The translations under genes and the position numbers were made by a program. This document shows, in pieces, positions 17,412 through 27,500 of a stretch of 32,000 nt of DNA; position 1 is the stretch's first letter; the number at the start of each line of letters is the position of its first letter. Source of the stretch: Fibrobacter succinogenes subsp. succinogenes S85 (GTDB lineage Bacteria; Fibrobacterota; Fibrobacteria; Fibrobacterales; Fibrobacteraceae); NCBI RefSeq assembly GCF_000146505.1, contig NC_017448.1:2460001-2492000 (forward strand), read 5' to 3'. The notes beneath the pieces are model-generated. The model was given only the letters and a program-made list of their open reading frames with translations. It was not told the origin of the DNA and ran no database searches.

Positions 17412-18578
17412 ATGCAAAAAAGTCCAAACGAAATCGATAATTTTTTAACACCTGACGATACCAAAATTATGAAGGGGATTGCCATTATCTGCATGCTCCT
17501 GCATCATCTTTGGTTTTTCCCGAATCGAATCCCTGGTGGCGGCGTTGAGGGCATATTCACATTGTTTAATGCACCGGCAACATCTTATTTGGGAATTTTT
17601 GGCAAAATCTGCGTCCCGATGTTCTTCTTCTTTGGCGGCTATGGCGTTTACAAGAGTAGCTACGGAAAACCGTACGATATTGTGGGCCGCCTCAAGAGAC
17701 TTTATTTTGCGTACTGGAAAGTCTTCCTTGTTTTCATCCCCATCGGTTTCTTGTTCTTTTCTTCGCAAGAACAGTATTGCAACGATCCTTTTATTTCCAC
17801 TCGTTTTAATAATTTCGTGCCGAGAGAACTGCTTTCGAACTTCTTTGGATTCACTTCAACGTACAACAGGGAATGGTGGTTCCTGATAAGTTATGTGTTT
17901 GCCTTGATTTCTTTCCCGCTTATCAGGGCTGTTATTGACCGCTATTCGGCAAGAATCAATTTGTTCATCATCGTGATTGTGTCGCTCTTGTTTGCGCATA
18001 TTTTCCCTGGGCTTAAAACTGTGACTGCGCTTGGTGTCCTTGGACACAGCCACATGTACCTCCGCTTTTTCTGCCAGATTGCTCCGTATGCGGCATGCTT
18101 CTGGATGGGCGCTGTCGTTGCTCGCAATGGGCTATTTGACCGCCTGCATGGATCGTTGAAACAACATAAGCTTTTGAACCCGCTTGTGGATATCGCCGTT
18201 TGGTGCATGGTCATTGTGATGCGCCAAAATGAAGTGGGTGATATTTTTGACGTGTTCTTTATCCCGGTTTTGACGGTGGCGAGTATGGACTTGCTGAACC
18301 ACGTTAAACTCCTGAAAAAGGGAATTTGGTATCTCGGCCGACAGAGCACCTCGATGTGGCTTATCCATCCGTTCTTCTGCTACTATTTTGATGTCCCGGC
18401 AAAGATTGTCGCGGCTCCGCATTATGCGATTCCGTCGCTGTTGGTGCTTATCGCCATGACGTACATCGCATCGGTACTTTTGGCTTATTTCTGGAAGGGT
18501 GTTGGTTTTGTTTTTCAGAAGGCGAATGCCATGAAGATTAATTTTAAACATTTTGGAGCTTCGGGTGAAAAACAATAA
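17412..18578 (+). CDS. acyltransferase family 3 (membrane O-acyltransferase), second copy
   Basis: The protein is polytopic and has IMKGIAIICMLLHHLWFF near the N-terminus. It is divergent from the first copy across an AT-rich 118-bp spacer. Confidence 0.75.
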   Translation: MQKSPNEIDNFLTPDDTKIMKGIAIICMLLHHLWFFPNRIPGGGVEGIFTLFNAPATSYLGIFGKICVPMFFFFGGYGVYKSSYGKPYDIVGRLKRLYFAYWKVFLVFIPIGFLFFSSQEQYCNDPFISTRFNNFVPRELLSNFFGFTSTYNREWWFLISYVFALISFPLIRAVIDRYSARINLFIIVIVSLLFAHIFPGLKTVTALGVLGHSHMYLRFFCQIAPYAACFWMGAVVARNGLFDRLHGSLKQHKLLNPLVDIAVWCMVIVMRQNEVGDIFDVFFIPVLTVASMDLLNHVKLLKKGIWYLGRQSTSMWLIHPFFCYYFDVPAKIVAAPHYAIPSLLVLIAMTYIASVLLAYFWKGVGFVFQKANAMKINFKHFGASGEKQ

Positions 18579-20301
18579 GTCTCTCCAGTATTTTTTGATT
18601 TGGGGCATCATCTGCCTGCTTGCAAACTTGTTCTGCACGAATGCTGCCGCTTTTGGCGGTGACCAGAACTATTGGGTGGATTGGGTCAAGCAGCTGTCGA
18701 AAAACGGTCTTGAACGTTTTAACGGCAATTATCCTCCGCTTTATGTTTTTTGGCTCTGGATTGTGGCGCAAGTCCATAGCTTGGCAAACATCCCGATAGA
18801 AAAGGGAACTCTTATCAAGTTCTTCTGCCTGTGGCCGGTTTACTTTGGCCATGTTGGACTTGTCGATTTGGCGAGCCGCCTGGTAGCACGCTTCAAGTTG
18901 CCGAAGTACTCTGCACATCTCGTGCTTGCGTTTGTGGCCTTGAACCCTGCGCTTTTGCTCGACGGTCCGATTTGGGGACAGGTCGATTTGTTCCCCTGCA
19001 TCTTTGGCATTGCCGCCCTTTACTGCGTCAACTTCCGCGGACTTTTCAAGTACGCTTCGATGTTCTTTGCGCTTGCGCTCTTGGCAAAGTTCCAGATGAT
19101 TTTGCTTTTGCCGATTTTTGGAGGCATCTTCCTCCGTCGCTATAAGCAGTCCTGGCGCGGACTCCCACTCATGGCGGTTGCAATTGTGCTTGTGCTTTTG
19201 CCGTTCTTTGTCGCAGGGAACCTCTCGGGGCTCCTCACGCATGCTTACCTCAACACGACGGAACAGTACCCGTTCTCGACTTACAATGCCGCAAACACTT
19301 GGATGTTCTTTGTGGGCAATACGAGCCGTGATGCCAATCCGCTTTTCGGGCTCTCGCCGGAAGGTGTTGGATTTTTGCTCTCACCGTCCTGGCTTGGAAA
19401 AATCTTGTTCGTGATTATCTCGGCATACATTTTAAAGTGTGCACTCTTTGCAAAGACGCTCCGCCGCACGTTTGAACTTGCGACTTGGGAAGCTTTTGCA
19501 TTCTTCCTTGTGTTGCCGGGCATGCATGAACGTTATTTGATTTACGCCGTTCCCTTTGCTTGCGTGTGGATGGTTCTCGAAACAAAGAAAGCTTGGATTT
19601 GGACTTTGCTCGTGACAGCTATTTGCGCCATGAATATTTCGATGGTGAATGGCTTCAAGGGTGCGGACTTGTGGGTCCCGGTTTCTGGGCTTGCGCTCCT
19701 CATCTTCATTGCGGGTGTTGTGAACAACTTTGCCCCGCGTGCGTTCCCGGCGCTGATTGAAAAGCTTGCCCGCATCCCGTTCCCGCGCTTTACGCCGTAT
19801 GTGGTGCTTGCTCTGTTCCTTTTCCCGATGCTCATTTCTGAAATTGTCGGACTCATGCCGGTCAATGTGGAACTTTCATCGAACCAGTTCTACCTCACAG
19901 ATTTGCCGATTGACCATTTCACGCAGCAGTACGGGAGGCCTCGTGTGAATCGCGCTGTCGATGGCGCTACGCTTACCGTTCGTGGTCAGCAGTACAAGAA
20001 CGGCATTGGTACGCACGCCAATTCTGAACTGTTCTTCAAGATGCCTGCGGATGCGGACTCGCTCGAATTTGTCGTGGGCATTGATGACGAAGCGGGTGGC
20101 GGTGGCTCCGTGCGCTTTATTGTGGCAACGCCCGAAGAAACGCTCTGGAAAGGTGACGTCGTGTTCGGCAATAGAAAGCCGCAGGCGGGTAAAGTCTATA
20201 TCGGAGGCAAGCAGACGATTATCCTCAAGGCTGATGCCGATGGCGACAACGCTTATGACCATGCCGACTGGCTGAATGTCATCGTGACAAAGAGGAAGTA
20301 A
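18553..20301 (+). CDS. GT-C fold membrane glycosyltransferase (ALG6/8- or PIG-V-like) fused to a C-terminal NPCBM carbohydrate-binding module
   Basis: The N-terminal roughly 440 aa are polytopic, with GDQNYWVDW, NYPPLYVFWLW and DGPIWGQVD loop motifs. The C-terminal roughly 135 aa (about 19890-20298) match the NPCBM pattern (LTVRGQQYKNGIGTHANSELFF...VGIDDEAGGGGSVRFIV...DHADWLN). The start is TTG 18553 or GTG 18565, and either overlaps the upstream gene. Confidence 0.75.
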   Translation: MELRVKNNKSLQYFLIWGIICLLANLFCTNAAAFGGDQNYWVDWVKQLSKNGLERFNGNYPPLYVFWLWIVAQVHSLANIPIEKGTLIKFFCLWPVYFGHVGLVDLASRLVARFKLPKYSAHLVLAFVALNPALLLDGPIWGQVDLFPCIFGIAALYCVNFRGLFKYASMFFALALLAKFQMILLLPIFGGIFLRRYKQSWRGLPLMAVAIVLVLLPFFVAGNLSGLLTHAYLNTTEQYPFSTYNAANTWMFFVGNTSRDANPLFGLSPEGVGFLLSPSWLGKILFVIISAYILKCALFAKTLRRTFELATWEAFAFFLVLPGMHERYLIYAVPFACVWMVLETKKAWIWTLLVTAICAMNISMVNGFKGADLWVPVSGLALLIFIAGVVNNFAPRAFPALIEKLARIPFPRFTPYVVLALFLFPMLISEIVGLMPVNVELSSNQFYLTDLPIDHFTQQYGRPRVNRAVDGATLTVRGQQYKNGIGTHANSELFFKMPADADSLEFVVGIDDEAGGGGSVRFIVATPEETLWKGDVVFGNRKPQAGKVYIGGKQTIILKADADGDNAYDHADWLNVIVTKRK

Positions 20302-21875
20302 TGGACAAGGTCTTTGCTTGGCTGAAATCGCGAACGGCGGCGCAATTTGTCTTTGCTGCAATTTTGCTGTTGGGGACGTTTGCGCGTGTCTATATGTTCG
20401 GTTCAGTGCCGGGCGATATCAACCAGGACGAAGCTTTTGCGGGCTATAACGCCTATACGCTCTTGCACCACGCTGCTGATTCTTACGGCTACCGCTTACC
20501 GGTTTACTTGACTGCCTGGGGTTCCGGCATGAACGCTCTCGAATCGTATTTGATGATTCCGTTTGTAGCGCTCTTCGGGATGCAGGTCTGGGTGATCCGC
20601 TTGCCGATGCTTTTGGTGGGCCTCTTGTCGCTTGCGGCGGTTTACTTCTTGGTGCGCCGATTCTCGAGCGAACGCTTTGCTTTGGGAGCAACACTTTTGC
20701 TTGCGATTTCTCCGTGGCACGTGATGCTTTCGCGCTGGGCGCTTGAATCGAACTTGGCGCCGGGCTTTGTGCTGTTCGGACTTTTCTTCTTTGTGAAAGG
20801 TCTTGAAAAACCGAAGTTCTTGATTGCCTCGGCTGCGTTTTATGGACTCTCGCTTTATGCGTATGCGACCATCTGGGTGGCCGTTCCGTTCATCATTTTG
20901 TTGAACGTACTTTATGCTCTTTGGACAAAGTCTATTCACAACAATCGTTACACTTGGATTTCGCTTGGCGTGCTTGCTGCACTTGCGCTCCCGCTTATGC
21001 TCTTTATGTTCGTGAACAAGGGCGTCATCAATGAAATCCGCTTGCCGTTTATCAGCATCCCGAAGCTTGTTTATTTCCGTGCAAGCGAAATTTCGTTCCA
21101 AAAGATTCCCGAAAATTTCATGAACCTCTGGAACATTTTGAAGAACCAGTCTGATGGGCTCCCGTGGAATTACATCCGCAATTTCGGACTTTTCTATCCG
21201 GTGACACTTGCGTTTTTCTTTATTGGGCTTGTTGAAAACATTTGGCAGGTCGTGCGTGATGTGAAAGCGCGCAAGCTTGGGCTCCCGTTCTTTATGCTTG
21301 CCTGGCTGCTCGCCGCTTTTACGATTGGAATTTTAATCAATGTCAATGTTAATCGCGTGAACTTGATTTTTATCCCGATTATCGTCATGGCTGCGCAAGG
21401 GATTATTATCGCGTTTAGCTATATCCACCCGAAGTTGATTTACGTTCCGCTGGTCGCGTATCTCTTATGCTTTGCAAATTTTGAGCGCGAATACTTTACG
21501 ATTTATAAGGACCAGATTGCAAATCCGTTCTGCGAAGGCATTGGCGATGCTATGGAATTTGCACAGTCGCAGTCGAAACCGGACGATAAAATTTATGTGG
21601 ACCCGGGCGTGAGCTACCCGCGAGTGCTTTTTTACGGCAAGGTGGACCTGAACTCTTACCTTTCGACGGTCCGCTATACGAATTTCCCGAGCGCATTCCT
21701 CTATGTGCACGAATTTGACCGCTATGTTTTCACATTTAATTTGGATAATGCCGATACGCAAGCGGTTTATCTTATGGAAAACAAGGATTCTAGACTTTCT
21801 TGGTTTGAACAGCGTGGCTTTTCGGTCCGTAATTTTGGAAAATATATTGTAGCATACCCCGCAAAATTACTCTGA
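20301..21875 (+). CDS. ArnT/PMT-like GT-C glycosyltransferase (GT39/GT83-like)
   Basis: TAATG overlap with the previous gene. The protein is polytopic. The first-loop acidic motif GDINQDEAF (DE at 20427-20432) is typical of polyprenyl-phosphate-sugar dependent GT-C enzymes. The C-terminus is a soluble domain. Confidence 0.8.
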   Translation: MDKVFAWLKSRTAAQFVFAAILLLGTFARVYMFGSVPGDINQDEAFAGYNAYTLLHHAADSYGYRLPVYLTAWGSGMNALESYLMIPFVALFGMQVWVIRLPMLLVGLLSLAAVYFLVRRFSSERFALGATLLLAISPWHVMLSRWALESNLAPGFVLFGLFFFVKGLEKPKFLIASAAFYGLSLYAYATIWVAVPFIILLNVLYALWTKSIHNNRYTWISLGVLAALALPLMLFMFVNKGVINEIRLPFISIPKLVYFRASEISFQKIPENFMNLWNILKNQSDGLPWNYIRNFGLFYPVTLAFFFIGLVENIWQVVRDVKARKLGLPFFMLAWLLAAFTIGILINVNVNRVNLIFIPIIVMAAQGIIIAFSYIHPKLIYVPLVAYLLCFANFEREYFTIYKDQIANPFCEGIGDAMEFAQSQSKPDDKIYVDPGVSYPRVLFYGKVDLNSYLSTVRYTNFPSAFLYVHEFDRYVFTFNLDNADTQAVYLMENKDSRLSWFEQRGFSVRNFGKYIVAYPAKLL

Positions 21876-21926
21876 GAAGTCGAAATTTGATATATTGGTG
21901 TTCGAAAAAGAATAAGAAGTGTGAAT

Positions 21927-22676
21927 ATGCGAATTTCTACTGTATTTAAGATTTGTTCTTTGACGATGCTTATGGCTGTGGCTTCGTTTGCCCGGCCGAT
22001 TAACGATGGCAACAAGCTCTTTGCCGCTGGCGATTATGCCGGTGCGCTTGAAAAGTACATGAAGGCCCGCGAAGCGGAGCCTGCAAATCCGCTTTTGTTC
22101 TACAATATTGGAACGTGCCAGTACAAGCTCGGCAATTTTGAAGAAGCCAAGAAGGAACTTGAAAGTGCCGTGCGCATGCCGGACAAGAATATGGCTGCTA
22201 AGGCGGCGTACAACTTGGCAAATACGCATTTCCGCGTGGGCGAGAAGGCTCAAGAACCGAGTGCTCGCATTGCGGCCTGGCGAGAATCGGTTGCTTATCT
22301 GAAAAAGGCAATTGACCTCGATAACGATTTTGAAAACGCGAAGAAGAACGTCGAAATTGTCCAGCGCAAGCTCAAGGAAGAACTCGACAAGCAAAAAGAA
22401 AACAAGGACCAGAACCAAAATCAGAACGACCAGAAACAACCTCCGCTGAGCGATAATGCAAAGCAGGTTTTGGCTCGTGCGCTCCAGCTTTGCAAGGATG
22501 GCAAGTATGCCGAAGGCAAGCAGATGCTCGAGAACCTGATTGCCGAAGACGAGACTGCAAGCCAGTTGAGCGGTCACGTGCAGCGCATTGACGACGTTAT
22601 CGAAATCAAAGCCGGTCGTAAGCCCAAGGCAAAGATTGACGCCAGCAACACCGACAACGACCTGGAGGTGATCTAA
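21927..22676 (+). CDS. secreted TPR-repeat protein (BatC-like)
   Basis: It has a signal peptide and TPR pairs (GNKLFAAGDYAGALEKY, FYNIGTCQYKLGNFEEA, AYNLANTHF). A short DQNQNQNDQ run is also present. ATG 21927 is preferred over GTG 21921. Confidence 0.7.
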   Translation: MRISTVFKICSLTMLMAVASFARPINDGNKLFAAGDYAGALEKYMKAREAEPANPLLFYNIGTCQYKLGNFEEAKKELESAVRMPDKNMAAKAAYNLANTHFRVGEKAQEPSARIAAWRESVAYLKKAIDLDNDFENAKKNVEIVQRKLKEELDKQKENKDQNQNQNDQKQPPLSDNAKQVLARALQLCKDGKYAEGKQMLENLIAEDETASQLSGHVQRIDDVIEIKAGRKPKAKIDASNTDNDLEVI

Positions 22677-23443
22677 TGGCTATGCTGAGACGAAAGACGA
22701 AAGACGAAAGACGAGAGAATTGTGTCATCCTGAGCGGAGCCGTTAGGCGGAGTCGAAGGATCTCTGTAGCGTTGGGCTTTGTATTGCTTTTTGCGGTGGT
22801 TGCATTCGCAGCTCCGAAGTCTGCTTCGGCTTACTATGGCGATGCGGCGTTCCAGTACATCGAAAACCGCTTGCCGACGGCAGAAATCACTTGCAACGAA
22901 GGCTTGCAATACTACCCGAACGATCAGAAATTGCAGATGCTCCTCGACCGCATTCACGAAGCGAAAAACGAGCAGCAAAACGAAAATAAGAAGAACGATC
23001 CTAAGAACGACCAGAATCAAGACCAAAATAATCAGGACCAAAACCAGGATCAGAATCAGGACAAGCAAAACCAAGACCAGAATAAAGATCAGCAGAACCA
23101 AGATCAGCAAAATCAGAACCAGAATGGCGACCAGAGCTCATCTAGCGCCCAGAATGACCAAAACCAAGATCAACAGAATCAAGGTCAGAACGGTCAGTCT
23201 AGCGACAGCCAGCAGCAGAGTTCCGATAGCAATGGCGGTGCCGATCAGCAGCAACAGCCTGAACAGTCCGAAGGGAATTCCAGCGACAGTAACGGCGGTG
23301 AACCGGAACAGCAGCCGCTTCAACCTGGTGAAATGACTCCTGAAGAAGCCGCCCAGCTCCTCAAGGACTTTGACGAACAGAATGGCGAACGCAAGCCCTG
23401 GAAACCTGTCCGTGGCCAAGTCCGTCCGGCTAAGGATTGGTAA
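22676..23443 (+). CDS. secreted TPR-like protein with long Q/N/D-rich low-complexity tract
   Basis: A GGAGGTG Shine-Dalgarno lies 5 nt upstream, and there is a TAATG overlap with the upstream gene. A basic N-terminus carrying repeats precedes a hydrophobic signal-like segment (ALGFVLLFAVVAFAAPKSASA). The Q/N/D tract is about 100 aa long. Confidence 0.65.
   Translation: MAMLRRKTKDERRENCVILSGAVRRSRRISVALGFVLLFAVVAFAAPKSASAYYGDAAFQYIENRLPTAEITCNEGLQYYPNDQKLQMLLDRIHEAKNEQQNENKKNDPKNDQNQDQNNQDQNQDQNQDKQNQDQNKDQQNQDQQNQNQNGDQSSSSAQNDQNQDQQNQGQNGQSSDSQQQSSDSNGGADQQQQPEQSEGNSSDSNGGEPEQQPLQPGEMTPEEAAQLLKDFDEQNGERKPWKPVRGQVRPAKDW
22688..22718 (+). repeat. tandem heptamers AGACGAA x3 + AGACGAG + AGA at codons 5-15
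   Basis: Read directly from the sequence. The unit length is not a multiple of three. It is followed by the sequence gtcatcctgagcgg...gtcgaaggatct (22725-22757). Confidence 0.8.
22964..23265 (+). repeat. degenerate hexanucleotide (GAYCAR/AAYCAR) reiteration encoding a DQ/NQ tract
   Basis: Visible reiteration of gaccagaa/caagatcag units. It produces the spurious L/I/V-rich antisense ORF 22673..23110. Confidence 0.7.
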
Positions 23444-23571
23444 GTTCTAACAAGCTTTGTTGTCGGCTTTACAACTCAAGTAAATAAATCTTCACTTTAT
23501 TCATGATTTTTCTTGTACAAAGCGTAGAAAATTTGTACATTAATAAAAACAATTTAATAATGAGGATTTGT

Positions 23572-24459
23572 ATGAAAAAAGTTCTTGCCGTACTCCCTGC
23601 GGTCGCCCTCGCTATGGCGGGTTGCGTATCGTCTTCCGATGATTCCAATTCCGTGGCTCCAACTCCTGCCTCGCTCCCGACGGATTTTATCGTCACTGAA
23701 ATGGGTGAATATAGCTATGCTGCTGACGGCTCCTTAGAAGTCACTAAGGCTACTTGCACGGATTATGCAAATGAAGTTGTCTGGAAAAAGACAACCCAGC
23801 GTGGCTCCTTGACGGATGCTGGTAACGGTACTGCTAAAATGGATTTGGGCGATGGTGATGGCAAGAACACTTATGAATTTAGAGTGGCTGCCGGTGAAAA
23901 ATTCCCGGAAGGCAATTTCTATAAGAGCTCTACTCTCAACGATCCGCTGATTTGGGGTGTCGTTCTTGAAGACCCGTATTATAGTGAAGCTGTTTTCATC
24001 AACACGGATTGCATTTTCCAAAACTTTGGCGAAATGCAAGAAACGCTTGCTTTGATGGTCGGTGTTCCGAAGACTTCTATCAACATGAGCTGCAAGACAC
24101 TTAGCATTGAAGGTCTTGAAATGACTTATGTCTCTCATACGCAGGAGTCCATTGAATATACAGTGTCGTATGGTGGCGTGACTAGCTCTGTCAAGCAGCG
24201 TTTCCGTTATGCGTTTGTTGAAAATGACTGCAAAAAGGCATTTAAGGATTATCAGAAAGAATATGAAAGTGGTGAAACGCAGGAATTCTTCAATTTTGAT
24301 TACTATGATCAGGACATCGATGCTTCCGCTGAATTCACAGACTTGATTATAAATTTCCATAATAGAACGGGCCTTGCTAAGTCTGCGCCGACGCTGACCA
24401 AGAAGCAGATTAAGGATATTTTCCGCGCTGTTGGTTCCAAGATCCGCCGCGGCAAGTAA
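23572..24459 (+). CDS. lipoprotein, unknown function
   Basis: A GAGGA lies 5 nt upstream of ATG 23572. The lipobox is LAMAGC in MKKVLAVLPAVALAMAGC. The track start at 23503 lies in AT-rich promoter-like sequence. Confidence 0.65.
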   Translation: MKKVLAVLPAVALAMAGCVSSSDDSNSVAPTPASLPTDFIVTEMGEYSYAADGSLEVTKATCTDYANEVVWKKTTQRGSLTDAGNGTAKMDLGDGDGKNTYEFRVAAGEKFPEGNFYKSSTLNDPLIWGVVLEDPYYSEAVFINTDCIFQNFGEMQETLALMVGVPKTSINMSCKTLSIEGLEMTYVSHTQESIEYTVSYGGVTSSVKQRFRYAFVENDCKKAFKDYQKEYESGETQEFFNFDYYDQDIDASAEFTDLIINFHNRTGLAKSAPTLTKKQIKDIFRAVGSKIRRGK

Positions 24460-24485
24460 TAAACGTATTCATAATAGGTACAATG

Positions 24486-24511
24486 CACCCTGCAAATGCG
24501 GGGTGTTTTTT
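24486..24511 (+). terminator. Rho-independent terminator
   Basis: The stem is caccctgc paired with gcggggtg (one G-U pair) with loop aaat, followed by TTTTTT at 24506-24511. It lies inside the track's extended ORF start, which argues against that extension. Confidence 0.75.
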
Positions 24512-24563
24512 ATGCGTAAACAATAATGTTGCAATCTTCTGTTTATTTTCATATCTTAATAAT

Positions 24564-27500
24564 ATGGCTATGCGGAAATTTCTCTTTGTTTTGCTTTTGG
24601 TCTTGTCGTTTGTCTCGTTTGCAGTGGCATCGAACACAGTCGCTCGTCCATCGACGAGCGGTAAGCTCCATGTCGTTGGCTCGGAGATTCACGACGAACA
24701 CGGAAATGTCGTTGTTCTCAAGGGCGCAAGTACCCATGGCCTCGCATGGTTCCCGCAGTTTGTGAATAACGGGCTGTTCAAGCAGCTCAGTACAGAATGG
24801 AATGCGAACCTTATTCGCCTTGCGATGTACTCCAAGGACTATGTAGAGGGCAACCGCAAAAAGACTTTAGAACTTTTGCGCAAGGGGGTTGAATACGCTA
24901 TTGCAAATGACATGTACGTTCTTGTGGACTGGCATGTCCTAGAAGATCAGAATCCTAATGTGTATCTTGCCGAGGCGATTTCCTTCTTTAACGAGATGGC
25001 GAGGGATTATGCAAACGTCCCGAACGTGATTTTTGAAATTTGTAACGAGCCCAATGGCGACTGCACCTGGGAAGATATCAAGGAATATGCGCATGTCGTT
25101 ATCCCGGTGATTCGCAGGCACAAACCTGATGCTCTGATTGTCATTGGTACGCCAAATTATGCTCGTGAAATCCAGTACCCGGCAGAGGATCCGCTTCCAT
25201 TCGACAACGTGATGTATTCGTTCCATTTTTACGCGACTTCGCATACTTATGTCTTTCGTGCAAAACTTCGTAATGTCATGAAACGAGGAACGCCGATATT
25301 CGTCACGGAAAGTGGTCTCTGCGAAGAATCGGGCGATGGCAAAATTAATTTCGAAAGTGTAAAACTTTGGTATAGCTTACTAGATTCCTTGCATATGAGC
25401 TATGTTGTCTGGAATCTTTCGAATAAAGAAGAAGAATCCTCAATGATCCGTGACGGTTCTCGCGCCGTGGAATATTTGACGGATAAAGATTTGACGCTTT
25501 CCGGGCGGTTTGCAAAGGCGCTATTCCAAGGAAAACCGATTGATCAAATTACGCTTGAGTATAGCGCGATTGAAAATTTCAAGATTTTAGCCCGTTCTAA
25601 GCCACACAAGGTCTGGCTCATGTTTGCGGGGCCTCTGTTTGTTTTCCTCATTCTGAGTCTTGCGTTGGAAAAGTATAGAAAGCGCTCTAAAAACAAAATA
25701 ATCCGCTCTTACGATGATTTGTTAAAGTACAGTACAGACGAGGCTGCGAAAAAGTTTAACAAGAGCCCGCTCAAGGTGATTCTTGGCGATATGTTCCTCT
25801 TGTTTAGCTCGCTCTGTACGCTCGTTTACCTCTGCTGGCGCGTGACGTGCTCCATTCCGTTTGCGTATGGCTGGATTGCAGTGGCGGGGAGTATCCTCTT
25901 GCTCGTTGTAGAAATTCTCGGCTTTTTTGAATCGTTTGTTCATTACGGTGGTTTGTTCAAGTTGCGCGATCATCCGCTCCCGAAAATTGCAGATGAAGAA
26001 TTCCCGGATGTTGATATTTTCATTTCGACGTACAACGAGCCTGTGGAACTTTTGCGCAAGACAATTATCGGCTGCAAATGCATGGAATACCCGGACAAGT
26101 CTAAAGTCCATATTTGTCTGTGCGATGACAACCGCCGCCCAGAAATGCGCGCGCTCGCCGAAGAGCTTGGCGTGATTTACTTTGACCGCCCGGACAACAA
26201 GGGCGCAAAGGCGGGGAACTTGAATGCTGCTCTTGCTCGGACGAGTTCTCCGTATGTGGTGACATTCGATGCCGACATGATTCCGCAGCGCAAGTTCTTG
26301 CTCAAGACGATTCCGTATTTTGTCGATGCCGACCGCATCAATGCGAGTTTGCCAAAGGAACGTCGTCGCTCGCTTGGATTTATTCAGACTCCGCAAAGCT
26401 TTTATACGCCTGACGTGTTCCAGCATAATCTTTATGCCGAACGCGTTGTGCCGAATGAACAGGATTATTTCTATGACGTGATTGAAGCTGCGAAAACCTC
26501 AACGAATAGCGTGATTTACGGTGGATCAAATACAATCCTTTCCCGTAAAGCGCTCGAAGATATCGGCGGATTCTATACAAAGTCTATTACGGAAGATTTT
26601 GCGACGGGCATGCTGATTGAATCGGCGGGTTATGTGAGCCTTGGGCTTTCTGAACCGCTCGCGTCGGGTGTTGCGCCTTCGACGTTCCAGGAGCATGTGC
26701 AGCAGCGCACCCGTTGGGGTCGCGGTGTGATTGCAACTGCAAAACAGCTCAAGTTCTTGCGCAACCGCAAATTGAATATATCGCAAAAGATGAGTTACTT
26801 AAATTCTGTGCTTTATTGGTTCTCGCCGATTAAGAATCTGATTTACCTGATTTCTCCGTTGATGTTTGCGGTGCTCTGCATCCCGATTTTCAAGTGTACG
26901 CTTGTGGATCTTGCTCTATTCTGGTTGCCAATGCACATATTGCAAATCGCGGCACTCCGTGTTACGAGCCAGGGCAAAACTTCTGCGCAGTGGAGCGGTA
27001 TTTATGAGACTTCCGTGATGCCGTTCCTCCTGATGCCTGTTGTGAAGGAAGTGTTTGGCATAACGCTTTCCAAGTTTAAGGTGACGAAAAAAGAAAAGGC
27101 GAGTTTCCGTAGAGTTGTTGACAAGCGAAGCCTTGTGCCGTTTGCCATCCTTTTGGTGCTCACGCTTGCGGGTATTGTACACATGACTTACATGATGGTG
27201 ACATTGGAATACATCGGAATTTTGGCGGTGTTATTCTGGCTTGTGCGCAATTCGTATTACCTCACGATGTGCTTGTTCCTTGGCTTTGGTCGCGATTCCG
27301 ATGGCGAAAACGTGAATGTCTTTGCGGCCGAGCTTGTTTCGCTCCACAAATGCGATGGCAAGCTTGTAGATGGCGTAACGACTAGGCTTACCGAACACTC
27401 GGTGGATGTTTATGTCGATGAAGTGGACGCACTTTATTTAGGTGAGCAAGTGGAACTTGGGATCTCTACGGATGCCAATGATTTGAATGTCAAGGGAACT

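Noticed and set aside
22673-23110. Minus-strand ORF of 145 aa made almost entirely of L/I/V (LILVLLIFILVLVLL...).
   Set aside because: It is the complement of the GAYCAR/AAYCAR repeat that encodes the Q/N/D tract. It has no start context and is an artefact of the repeat.
21927-23443. Assigning the two TPR proteins to a Bat (aerotolerance) operon.
   Set aside because: Only the BatC-like TPR and Q-rich character is present. No MoxR, DUF58 or vWA (BatA/B) genes are adjacent, so the operon identity is not supported.
24483-24563. Upstream extension of the GH5-GT2 ORF to ATG 24483, as given in the track.
   Set aside because: The extension contains the Rho-independent terminator of the preceding gene (24486-24511) and encodes no signal-like sequence. 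ATG 24564 begins a canonical signal peptide.
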